Positions 47,980-56,843 of a DNA stretch of 64,000 nt are shown here, one piece after another (within the stretch, counting starts at the first letter, position 1; each line of letters opens with the position of its first letter). This DNA comes from an uncultured Holophagales bacterium. Its GTDB lineage: Bacteria > Acidobacteriota > Thermoanaerobaculia > Multivoradales > UBA5704. The stretch is from contig CAWJGT010000025.1 of the NCBI GenBank assembly GCA_963842525.1, positions 256,001 to 320,000 of the forward strand, given 5' to 3'. A program made the translations under genes and the position numbers. A model generated the notes under the pieces. That model did not search any database. It saw only the letters and a program-made list of their open reading frames with translations, and had not been told where the DNA came from.

Positions 47980-48340
47980 GGAATGCATCTCCAATTCCCT
48001 GGATCGATCCAGAGTGACGTGGAACCGATTCCAAAAAATCTGTAGCGATTCCGGAAAACGTGGAACCGGTTCCAAATTTTCTGGATCGCTTCCAAAAAAT
48101 CTGTAGCGATTCCGGAAAACATGGAACCGGTTCCAAATTTTCTGGACGCGTTCCAGATTTCCTGGATCACTTCCAAAAAATCTGTACCGGTTCCGGGAAA
48201 CGTGGAACCGGTCCCAAATTTTCTGGACGCCTTCCAAATTTCCTGAATCGATTCAGCGTGACCCGGAATCGATTCCAAAAAATCTGTAGCGGTTCCAAAT
48301 TTTCTGGACGCGTTCCAGATTTCCTGGAGCGCTTCCACGC
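47980..48340. repeat. Non-coding 20/21-nt tandem array: GGA-N(4-5)-TTCC palindrome plus A/T tract, about 18 units
   Basis: Units such as GGAACCGGTTCCAAATTTTCT, GGATCGCTTCCAAAAAATCT, GTAGCGATTCCGGAAAACGT. Confidence 0.92.
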
Positions 48341-48387
48341 GGCTCGAAGGCCTCTCCGGCCGGGGGGTGAAGGTATCATCCCCCACC

Positions 48388-49194
48388 ATGTACGGCCTCC
48401 CCATCTTCCAGAACGATAGAGAAACATCGCACCTGGCGCTGCGCTTCGACGAGCCGGCTGGAGGCGAAGCCGCCCCGTTCTGCTTCCTCTATCTTCACGG
48501 ATTCGGCTCGGAGCAGACCGGCGAGAAGGCGGATTTCTTCCGACGGCAGGCCCTGGAGGCCGGTTTTCCCTTCTGCTCCTTCGACTTCCAGGGACACGGT
48601 CAATCCGGCGGATCGCTCTCCGATCTTACCCTGACGCGGAACCTCGAGGACATCGCCCGCGCGCAGGGCTGGCTGCGCGAGCACGGCCACGAGCGGCTCG
48701 TCCTCCTCGGCTCGTCGATGGGCGGCGGCTCGGCCCTCTGGTACACGGCTCTCCATCCCGATCTGGTCGTGGCCGGCCTGCACATCGCGCCGGCTCTGGA
48801 GCTCGACCTCTCGCTCCTCGCCTGGGCCGGCCCGGAGCGGGCCCAGGAGTGGGAGGCGACCGGCTCCATCGACTTCCAGAACGACCTGGTCTCCTGCCAG
48901 CTCGGCTGGTGCCTGATCGAGGACCTCCGCCGCCATCCCCATCGGGACCTCCTCACCCTCTACCGCACCCCCACCCTCCTACTTCAGGGCAAGCGGGACA
49001 CCTCGGTTTCCTGGAAAACCGTGGCCGATTTTGCCACCTCCTGCGCCTATGAAGGGATCGACCTCCACCTCTTCGCAGATGGCGACCACCGCCTCACCGA
49101 CCGCAAGGAGCGGCTGTGGGGCCTGATGTTGGAATTTTTGCGAGGAAGAGGTCTGGTGGAAGGGAGAGGGGGTGAGGGCCCCCTCTCCTGGTAA
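48388..49194 (+). CDS. Alpha/beta hydrolase
   Basis: YLHGFGS, FDFQGHGQS, GSSMGG nucleophile, GDHRL. Confidence 0.92.
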   Translation: MYGLPIFQNDRETSHLALRFDEPAGGEAAPFCFLYLHGFGSEQTGEKADFFRRQALEAGFPFCSFDFQGHGQSGGSLSDLTLTRNLEDIARAQGWLREHGHERLVLLGSSMGGGSALWYTALHPDLVVAGLHIAPALELDLSLLAWAGPERAQEWEATGSIDFQNDLVSCQLGWCLIEDLRRHPHRDLLTLYRTPTLLLQGKRDTSVSWKTVADFATSCAYEGIDLHLFADGDHRLTDRKERLWGLMLEFLRGRGLVEGRGGEGPLSW

Positions 49195-49200
49195 GGGCTT

Positions 49201-50025
49201 CTAGCCGCCGGCGGCCGCCGGCGCCGCGCCGGCCGGGTACGCGACGTTCACCGTCGCGGTGCCGTTGGGCTCGACCGTGACCTGCTGGGTCTGCGGGCCC
49301 AACGTCTCGTGCCACATCTCGATGGTGTAGGTGCCCGGCGGGAGGTTGCCGATCTCGAACGTCCCGTCCTCGCCGCTCACCGCGTAGTAGGGGTGATCGA
49401 CCACGCCCACGTAGGAGCTCATCCAGGGGTGGACGTCGCACTTGAAGTGGACCATCACCTCGGTCTTGTCGAACTTCCGTTCGAATACCGCGTTCTGGAA
49501 CGGCTGCGCCGTGTTGAACTCCTGGTTCGTCTTGGGCAGGGCGTGGATGTTGTGCAGCGTCGCGTCGCTGTTCTTGATCTTCAACGTCTGGCCCACCTGG
49601 AGGCCGAAGACGTGCGGGTGATACTGGCAGCCCTGCTGATCCAGGGTCTTCGCTTCGGTGGGCGCCGGGAAGGTCTTCCCTTCGAGGCCGCTCTTCACGT
49701 AGACGAAGACACTTGCCAGCTTGCCGTCTTTGGTCTCGACAGTCTGGGTGGTGACGGGCGTCTGGTGCAGACTGCCGCAGACCGGGTCGGCGGAGGCCAT
49801 CTGGATCGGGGTATCTGGGTCGGTGCCGGTGTAGGTGATGGTGCCGGTGATCTTGCCGGCATTCGCCACGTCGGCGGCCGGCGCGGTCGCGGAGGGGCCT
49901 TCCGTGGAAGCCTCGGGGACGGCGCCGCCGTCGCCCGACTCTTCGCCTTCCTTCCCGCCGCACGCCACGAGCACGGCCAGGGCGCAGACGAGGGCGAGGA
50001 GCAACCACAGCTTATTCCTGCTCAT
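49201..50025 (-). CDS. Lipoprotein with cupredoxin-like and carboxypeptidase-regulatory-like domains
   Basis: Lipobox LVAC; DQQGCQYHPHV, HNIH, KCDVHPWM, WHETLG. Confidence 0.85.
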   Translation of the reverse strand: MSRNKLWLLLALVCALAVLVACGGKEGEESGDGGAVPEASTEGPSATAPAADVANAGKITGTITYTGTDPDTPIQMASADPVCGSLHQTPVTTQTVETKDGKLASVFVYVKSGLEGKTFPAPTEAKTLDQQGCQYHPHVFGLQVGQTLKIKNSDATLHNIHALPKTNQEFNTAQPFQNAVFERKFDKTEVMVHFKCDVHPWMSSYVGVVDHPYYAVSGEDGTFEIGNLPPGTYTIEMWHETLGPQTQQVTVEPNGTATVNVAYPAGAAPAAAGG

Positions 50026-50147
50026 GCCAATACCTCCTTCGAAAATGCACGCACGTTGAATTAGAATGGCGAACTTCGTCGGTCCGTCGGAGGACCGGCC
50101 GGCGCATTATTCCACACCGTACTACACACCAGCTCCCAGGTGCCCTC

Positions 50148-53100
50148 CTACCGCCCTCCCGCCGCGCCCGCCGTGGCAGATGTGGTGGTGTCCATTCCCC
50201 CGGCCGGGTTGGCCAGGGCCGGAGGCCGCCGGAGGCCGCCGGAGATGCTCCAGATGTAGTCGCGCAACGCTCCGGCGACCTTGTCGGGGTCCGCCAGATA
50301 GGCCTTCAGCTCCGCCTCCGACGCGAAGTGCTGCAGCATCTGCGCCTTCTGCGCGGCGTAGGTCGGCGCGTCGATGCCCATGGCGAACGGCGACGAATAC
50401 GTGCCGTCCTCCGACTTCTGGAAGAAGTTGGGCATCCGGGTGCCGGGGATCCACTTCTGCGGGTCCTTGATCCAGTCCGGGACCCAGTCGTGGCGCAGGC
50501 GGTCGTCGGCGAGCAGCAGCGACGGCGCAAGCTCGGCCGTCGAGGCCGCCGCCCCGGCCGTGGTCGGACCCGACGGATGGCAGCGGGCGCACTGGGAGAT
50601 GCCGAAGACCACACCGCCCACGGCCAGGTCGCGCGCCTGGACCGTGATCGACCGCGAGAGGAAGGGCGGGCGCTCCTCGCGCGCGGTGAAATAGGAGATC
50701 ACCGTGTTGGCCTGCGCGTCGGTGAAGCCGAAGGTGGGCATGCGCGCCGTGAGCCACGGCCGCATCTGCACCTGGCCGGGATCGTGGAGGTAGCTGAACA
50801 GCCAGTCGGCCTGGACGCGCGCGCCCTCGGCGGCCAGGTTCGGCGGCAGCAGCGCCGGGTCCTGGATCACCTGCTGGATCGCGTGCCCCTGCCCTTCGAT
50901 CAGGTGGCAGCCCTGGCAGTTGAAACGGGTGATGAGCTTGCGCCCCTCGGCCAGGGCGGCGCTGCGGCTGTCCTGCGCCGCCTTCCGGGAAGCCTGGGCC
51001 GTCTCCCTGGTGAAGCCGACGATGTTGGCCGCGACCGCCCGCGCCTCGCGCTCCGAGGCCGCGAAGTCGGGCATCTTGAGCAGCTCGTTGTAGTCCTTGG
51101 TCGGCTCCTTGTCCTTGTCCCAGATGCGCGGCGTCTTGACCTTGGTGAGGACCCAGTCGTGCCGCGTGTGCGGGACGTCGTGGACGTGCCCGAAGTCGAA
51201 CTGGTGGAGCGGCTTCGAACCTTCCTGCGTCAGCTCCGTGCCGATCGGCTTGAGGCTCTCGAACCCGGCGATGTCGTGGCAGCCGTAGCAGCCATACTTG
51301 GCGATCGTCTGCTCGCCGAGATAGACGCTGCGGTCCGTCTCCGACATCGCGGCGAGCTTCGCGCCGGCGCGGTCGACCGTATAGACGTTGCGCAGATAGC
51401 CTAGCGCCAGCTCGTCGCGCACCTTCGGATCGATCGCCGGCAGGCGAACGTTCTCGTATTTGCCATCGCGGCTCGACAGCAGCCAGGCCGCGAGATCCGC
51501 GGCCTCCTGATCGGTCAACCGCAGGTTGGGCATGTTCGTGTCGGGGAAGTACTGCTTCGGGTCCTTGAGCCAGGCATAGAGCCAGCCGGGATGGACCTTG
51601 CTCCCCGTGCGCACCAGGTTGGGCCCGTGCAGCCGGTTGATCGTCGGGAAGAACTCGTCGCGCTTCGCCTTGGGGTCGTTGATGTGGCAGCCGGCGCAGC
51701 CGATCGTCTCGAAGAGCTGCTTGCCGCGCGCCGGATCGCCCTGCATCGGCAGCGGCCCATACGACGGCCGCTCGGACTTCGCCCAGAGATAGGACACCAT
51801 GGCCCCGATCTCGGCCTGCTGCCGCTTCTGGTTGACCGGCAGCCTGGTGTTCTCCTGGTAGAAGAAGTGGGGCATGAAGGTCGTGGGGTGGAAGTCGCGC
51901 GGCGCCTCGATCCACTTGTAGGCCCAGCCGGGATTGGTCTTGGCGGCGATGCGGGTGAGCGAGGGCCCGGCCTTGCGCAGGTTGGTGTAGGCCGGCAGGT
52001 TGATCGCGTGGCAGCCGTTGCAGCCCATATGGACGATCAGCTCGCGGCCGACGTCCTGCGTCTCGGACTCCGCGGTCCAGACGCCGCCGGCATGGCAGCT
52101 CGCGCAACCGGCCTCGCTCATGCCGGCCGGAAGGATCGGGTACTCGAGGTAGTGCTGCTCCTCCCACTCGTACTTCTTCTCCCACTCGCGCCGCTGCTCC
52201 TCGTTGCGCGGGCTGTGGCCGGCGCGGGAGAAATCGGTGGCCCGGTCGAGGCCGCCGTGGCAGACCGTGCAGCCGAACTGGGTATAGGGGTGGGGCGAGC
52301 CGTCGCCCACGAACAGGTCGAGCCGCGGATGGCTGCGGAAGGGCTGCTTCCAGTCCACTTCCTCCACCTTGCCATCCTTGCCCTGGACCTTCCGCTTCTC
52401 GAAGCCCGGACGGTTGGAAGCCACGTGGCAGGTCATGCACCGGTCGACCCGGGTGATCTCGGTGAAGTTGATGTTGTGGGTGATGCCGGGGAGGATCGCC
52501 TGCTCGATCTTGAGGCTCGGCACCAGGAAGTCCATGAGCGGGGCGTTGAGCAGGAAGTAGTCGATGCCCTTGTTCAGGCCGGCGACGCGGGTCTCGAGGC
52601 TCTCGACGCCGCTGCGCAGCGCCTTGAGCTTCTCCTCCGCCGCGGTCACCGAATGGCGCAGCTCGGCGAGCTCGGCCTCCCTGGCGGTCTGCTGGTCCGT
52701 GATCCGATCGACCTTCTCCTTGGCCTCGTCCAGATTGCGGCGGGCCTCGTCCGCCGCCTGCCGCCTCCCGGCGATCTTGCCCTCGTCGCCGGACTGGAGG
52801 GCCGTGTCGTGCTGGAAGCGCTTTTCGTCGAGGACCGCCTTGGCGCCACGCCAGCTCGCATCGGCCGTGTAGGCGTCGGCCTTCAACTGGCGGAGCTCGG
52901 CCTCGAGCTTTTCGATGCGGTCGCGATGCGACGCGAGGCCCTTCTCGGCCGCCTTGATCTCCTGGCGCAGGGCGACCAGCTCCGTCTGGCTGATCCGCTG
53001 GCGCTCCTCCTCCATCTCGCCCGCCAGCTTCTGGCGCTCCAGGCTGCGGAATTCCGACTGGTAGCGCTTCCACGGCTGGGCATAGTCGGCGACGACCATC

Positions 53101-53213
53101 CACAGGGTGATCGCCAGGAGCCCCAGCGAGCTCAGGGCGAACACCATGTTCATCCGACCGAAGTTGTAATGCCGGTCCGGTTTTTTCTCGGGCGGTGTGA
53201 TCGGTGGAGTCAC
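50148..53213 (-). CDS. Membrane-anchored octaheme cytochrome c with coiled-coil stalk
   Basis: Eight CxxCH motifs: CMTCH, CTVCH, CASCH, CNGCH, CAGCH, CYGCH, CQGCH, CARCH. Confidence 0.92.
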   Translation of the reverse strand: MTPPITPPEKKPDRHYNFGRMNMVFALSSLGLLAITLWMVVADYAQPWKRYQSEFRSLERQKLAGEMEEERQRISQTELVALRQEIKAAEKGLASHRDRIEKLEAELRQLKADAYTADASWRGAKAVLDEKRFQHDTALQSGDEGKIAGRRQAADEARRNLDEAKEKVDRITDQQTAREAELAELRHSVTAAEEKLKALRSGVESLETRVAGLNKGIDYFLLNAPLMDFLVPSLKIEQAILPGITHNINFTEITRVDRCMTCHVASNRPGFEKRKVQGKDGKVEEVDWKQPFRSHPRLDLFVGDGSPHPYTQFGCTVCHGGLDRATDFSRAGHSPRNEEQRREWEKKYEWEEQHYLEYPILPAGMSEAGCASCHAGGVWTAESETQDVGRELIVHMGCNGCHAINLPAYTNLRKAGPSLTRIAAKTNPGWAYKWIEAPRDFHPTTFMPHFFYQENTRLPVNQKRQQAEIGAMVSYLWAKSERPSYGPLPMQGDPARGKQLFETIGCAGCHINDPKAKRDEFFPTINRLHGPNLVRTGSKVHPGWLYAWLKDPKQYFPDTNMPNLRLTDQEAADLAAWLLSSRDGKYENVRLPAIDPKVRDELALGYLRNVYTVDRAGAKLAAMSETDRSVYLGEQTIAKYGCYGCHDIAGFESLKPIGTELTQEGSKPLHQFDFGHVHDVPHTRHDWVLTKVKTPRIWDKDKEPTKDYNELLKMPDFAASEREARAVAANIVGFTRETAQASRKAAQDSRSAALAEGRKLITRFNCQGCHLIEGQGHAIQQVIQDPALLPPNLAAEGARVQADWLFSYLHDPGQVQMRPWLTARMPTFGFTDAQANTVISYFTAREERPPFLSRSITVQARDLAVGGVVFGISQCARCHPSGPTTAGAAASTAELAPSLLLADDRLRHDWVPDWIKDPQKWIPGTRMPNFFQKSEDGTYSSPFAMGIDAPTYAAQKAQMLQHFASEAELKAYLADPDKVAGALRDYIWSISGGLRRPPALANPAGGMDTTTSATAGAAGGR

Positions 53214-53237
53214 TCGAGCATCTCCTGAGGGACGCGC

Positions 53238-54317
53238 CTAGATATTGAAGAAGTATTCCTGGATGTGGACGAAATACTTCAAGTTGAACAGCCAGCGGCA
53301 GTACATCTTGAGCGGCAGCAGCATCATGAAGAGGAATAGCGTGATGCCGGTGTAGTACCGCGGCGGGCCCATCCTCTCGTAGTAGCGACGGAACCGCTTC
53401 ACCCGGCGCAGCAGGATGGGCAGCGCGAAGAAATAGAACCCGACCAGGAGGATGCCCGGCAGCTCGCGGAGGAACCAGTTGCCGGGCAGGCCCGTGCCGA
53501 GGAGCTTGATCCAGAAGTACTCCGAGAGGTCGACGTTGACCAGCGCCTCGACCTTGTTCTGGTCCCAGTACTCATAGGGGCCGAAGAAGTTCCAGTTCGG
53601 GCCGCGCAGGAACGTGCCGATCACGATCATCTGGCTCCACAGGATCAGGAAGCCGAAGAGGAAGAGCGCGATCTCGAACCTGCGCTCCCGGAACGTGTAG
53701 TAGCCGTTTCCCTTGGGGTTGGTGTCGATGTAGGGGATGGCCATCAGGCCGACGATGATCAGGCCGGGGAGCACCACGCCGGCGAGCCAGGGATCGAAGT
53801 AGACGAGCATCTCCTGGAGGCCGAGGAAGTACCACGGCGCCTTCGACGGGTTCGGCGCCAGCGCCGGGTTGGCCGGCTCTTCGAGCGGCGCCCGCAAGGC
53901 GATCGACCAGACCACCATCACCACGGTCAGGATCACCATGCAGATGAACTCGGAGAAGACGAGGTCCGGCCAGGTGAAGATGCGGTCCTCGGCCTCGGTG
54001 CCCTCGTAGGTGGGGGAGCCCGCGGCGATCTGCCGGTCGTTGCGCGCCGCCTTGTACATGGCGAACCAGACGAAGAAGCCGACCAGGAACACCATCATGA
54101 CGATGGGCACGTTGTCCGGCTTGGCGACGATCTGGAAGAAGTCGGGATCGAACAGCGACAGCAGGAAGAACGCCACGCTCGCCGCGAGCAGGGCCAGACC
54201 GCCCTTCTTCGACCACAGCGACCGCGAGCGGAGCATGAGGACGAAGAGGATCACCGACAGCGTGAACGACCACGTCGGGTAGGCGAGGAAATCGATCGCA
54301 TCCTTGAGGAGCTCCAT
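53238..54317 (-). CDS. Cytochrome bc complex subunit IV-like (cytochrome b C-terminal) protein with extra TMs
   Basis: [26 protein letters not shown] (PEWY equivalent). Confidence 0.85.
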   Translation of the reverse strand: MELLKDAIDFLAYPTWSFTLSVILFVLMLRSRSLWSKKGGLALLAASVAFFLLSLFDPDFFQIVAKPDNVPIVMMVFLVGFFVWFAMYKAARNDRQIAAGSPTYEGTEAEDRIFTWPDLVFSEFICMVILTVVMVVWSIALRAPLEEPANPALAPNPSKAPWYFLGLQEMLVYFDPWLAGVVLPGLIIVGLMAIPYIDTNPKGNGYYTFRERRFEIALFLFGFLILWSQMIVIGTFLRGPNWNFFGPYEYWDQNKVEALVNVDLSEYFWIKLLGTGLPGNWFLRELPGILLVGFYFFALPILLRRVKRFRRYYERMGPPRYYTGITLFLFMMLLPLKMYCRWLFNLKYFVHIQEYFFNI

Positions 54318-54335
54318 CGTGTCTCCCGTCTTGGC

Positions 54336-55097
54336 CTACATCGGTCCCGAGATGCCGCCGTCCTTGCGGACCCGCCAGAAGTGGACGGCCATGAGGAAGG
54401 CCGCGACCAGCGGAATGCCGACGCAGTGGAGGACGTAGAAGCGCAGGAGCGTCGCACCGCCGATCGTGCGCCCGCCGATCAGGGCGAAGCGGGCGTCGCT
54501 GCCGGCGTGGATCAGCCGTGCGCCGCCGAGCTGGAGCATCGCGGCGCCGGGCCCTTCGTTGCCCAACAGCGGCGTGGCGCGGGCCATGTTCGAGCCGACC
54601 GTGATGGCCCAGATGGCGAGCTGGTCCCACGGCAGCAGATAGCCGGTGAACGAGAGGAGCAGCGTCAGCACGAGCAGGATGACGCCGACGTTCCAGTTGA
54701 ACTCGCGCGGCGGCTTGTACGAGCCGGTCATGAAGACGCGGAACATGTGCAGCCAGACCGCGATGACCATGGCGTGGGCGCCCCAGCGGTGCAGCTCGCG
54801 CATGATGCCGAAGGCGAGGGCCTCGCGCAGGTCCACGATGTCGACGAAGGCGTACTCGACCGTGGGCCGGTAATAGAACATCAGCAGCAGGCCGGTGATC
54901 GTCTCGACCAGGAACAGGAAGAAGGTCGTGCCGCCCATGCACCAGGTGTAGCTCATCCGGATGCCGGACTTCTTCACCTTGATCGGGTGCAGGTGGAGCA
55001 CCACGTTGCCCAGCATGGCGAGGGCGCGCTTGCGGTTGTCCGTCGGGATGCCCACCCGGAAGATGGACTTCCAGATCTGGGTCTTCGTGATGTTCAT
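54336..55097 (-). CDS. Cytochrome b6-like (cytochrome b N-terminal) subunit
   Basis: WCMGG (heme ci Cys), [31 protein letters not shown]. Confidence 0.93.
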   Translation of the reverse strand: MNITKTQIWKSIFRVGIPTDNRKRALAMLGNVVLHLHPIKVKKSGIRMSYTWCMGGTTFFLFLVETITGLLLMFYYRPTVEYAFVDIVDLREALAFGIMRELHRWGAHAMVIAVWLHMFRVFMTGSYKPPREFNWNVGVILLVLTLLLSFTGYLLPWDQLAIWAITVGSNMARATPLLGNEGPGAAMLQLGGARLIHAGSDARFALIGGRTIGGATLLRFYVLHCVGIPLVAAFLMAVHFWRVRKDGGISGPM

Positions 55098-55110
55098 ATG
55101 CCTCTCTGGC

Positions 55111-55737
55111 TCAGGCCGGGATGAAGGAATTGGGGTCGGTCCACTGACCCAGCTCGTATTGGAACTTCTGCGATTTGTCGACGACGACCTGGCCGTCGTC
55201 GGGGCTGATGAAGATGCGCGCCCTTTCGAGCGGCCGGGGGGTCGGCCCCTCGAAGTTGACGCCCGTTTTGTAATAGCCGCTGCCGTGGCAGGGGCACTTG
55301 AACTTGTTCTGCGTCTCGAGCCACGCCGGCGGACAGCCGAGGTGGGTGCAGATCGCGATCAGGGCGTAGATCTGGCCGCCGTTGTTCACCACCCAGACGC
55401 CGTACTTGTCGACGAGGCGGGTGTCGACCACGCCGGGCTGGAAGTCCTCGGGCGGGCCGGCCTTGAACATGGTGGGCGGCTCGAAGAGGACGTTGGGCAC
55501 CATGAACCGCCCCATGGCCGTCACGCAGCCGCCGATGGCGGCGGTGAAGCCGACCCAGGCGACCGCGGCCCAGGAGAAGAACCCGCGCCGGGTCATGTCC
55601 CCCCCGGCCGGCTTCGCAGCGGGCCTGGCCGCCGCTGGTTTTGCTGCAACGGGGACAGCCGGCTTCGCGGCCGCCGGTGTTGCCTCCGGCCCTGCTGTAT
55701 CCGCAGCAGCGGGGCTGTCCTTGGTCTCATCAGCCAT
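55111..55737 (-). CDS. Rieske iron-sulfur subunit
   Basis: Tat motif TRRGFF; CTHLGC, CPCHGS, GPTPRPL. Confidence 0.95.
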   Translation of the reverse strand: MADETKDSPAAADTAGPEATPAAAKPAVPVAAKPAAARPAAKPAGGDMTRRGFFSWAAVAWVGFTAAIGGCVTAMGRFMVPNVLFEPPTMFKAGPPEDFQPGVVDTRLVDKYGVWVVNNGGQIYALIAICTHLGCPPAWLETQNKFKCPCHGSGYYKTGVNFEGPTPRPLERARIFISPDDGQVVVDKSQKFQYELGQWTDPNSFIPA

Positions 55738-55877
55738 GTGGCCCCTTTCCAGCGCCGTAAACGGTTGAATCCGGGCTCCCTGCGCGACCTTGCTTACTTC
55801 CCGCTTCTTGTCGACGTCTCTCCTGCGCCTTGCCGGTTTTACGGGTACCTCTTTCTAGCGGAACGGGTCGAGAGGTG

Positions 55878-56771
55878 TCAAGGGGTGGCCCTCCCGGCCT
55901 CGATCGCGGCCTGGCGCACCTTGAGGCTGGGGTCGTGCTCGGCGATCCGCGCGAAGGCGGCGCGGTGCTCGGGGCCGCCTACCCGGGCGAGGGCCTGGAG
56001 GGCGCTGATCATGGCGTCCTCCTGCTGCTCGTGGGTGATGTCGGGCACCTGAGCGAGGAGGCCGCGGTCGACCATGGTCTCGAGCACGGGCACGCCAGCG
56101 TCGCTGCCCAGCCGGGCGAGGGACAGGGCGGCGTTCCACCGCACGTCCGCCGCGGCATCGTCCAGCCGTTCGACGAGCGCCGGGACGGCGCTCCGGTCGC
56201 CGATCTCGCCGAGGGCGTAGGCAGCGATCTTCCGGATCCCGGGATCGGGGTCGGCCAGGGCCTTGACGAGGGGTTCGCGCGCCCGCTTGTCACCGAGCGT
56301 GCCGAGGGCCCAGAGGATGTAGATGCGGTTCTTGGCGTCGGGATCGTCGAGCGCCTGGACGAGGAGGGGGAGGGCCTCCGCGTCGTGCGTGCGACCGAGC
56401 ACGAGAGCGAGGTACTGGCGCATCTCGGGCTGCTCGGCGCGCTGGAAGAGGTCGCGCACACGGGCCCGCGCCCCCGGCTCCTTGTCGAGCGCCGCGGGAT
56501 CGGCGACCAAAATCTTGGACAGCTCGTAGGCGGCCTGGACCCGCCGCGGCGCATACCACGACTCCAGCTCGTTCAGGTAGTCCGATGTCGTCTGCCGGTC
56601 ATAGGCGATCCACCCGAAGCCGATGAACACCGCCACGCACAGCAGGATGACCAGCAGGGGGACGACGAACAGCCCGAGGAACGACCGCAGCGCCGAGCTG
56701 CCGCCGGTCTCTTGCTGGATCTCGGGCGCTTCCGGGGTTCCAGGGGGCTGGGGGGATTCGGGTTCGGACAT
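55878..56771 (-). CDS. Membrane-anchored HEAT-repeat protein
   Basis: TM, then ALGxxGD...LxxxLxDxD repeats. Confidence 0.85.
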   Translation of the reverse strand: MSEPESPQPPGTPEAPEIQQETGGSSALRSFLGLFVVPLLVILLCVAVFIGFGWIAYDRQTTSDYLNELESWYAPRRVQAAYELSKILVADPAALDKEPGARARVRDLFQRAEQPEMRQYLALVLGRTHDAEALPLLVQALDDPDAKNRIYILWALGTLGDKRAREPLVKALADPDPGIRKIAAYALGEIGDRSAVPALVERLDDAAADVRWNAALSLARLGSDAGVPVLETMVDRGLLAQVPDITHEQQEDAMISALQALARVGGPEHRAAFARIAEHDPSLKVRQAAIEAGRATP

Positions 56772-56843
56772 CGGCCGGGAAGCATAGCCGAACCAGGAGG
56801 GGGGCGCCAGGGAGGGACCGCGTGCGGCGGCTCGGTCACGGCA

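Noticed and set aside
47968-48427. CRISPR array, or the several overlapping ORFs in the track
   Set aside because: No unique spacers; mixed 20/21-nt units make the same peptides recur in all frames, so the ORFs are artefacts
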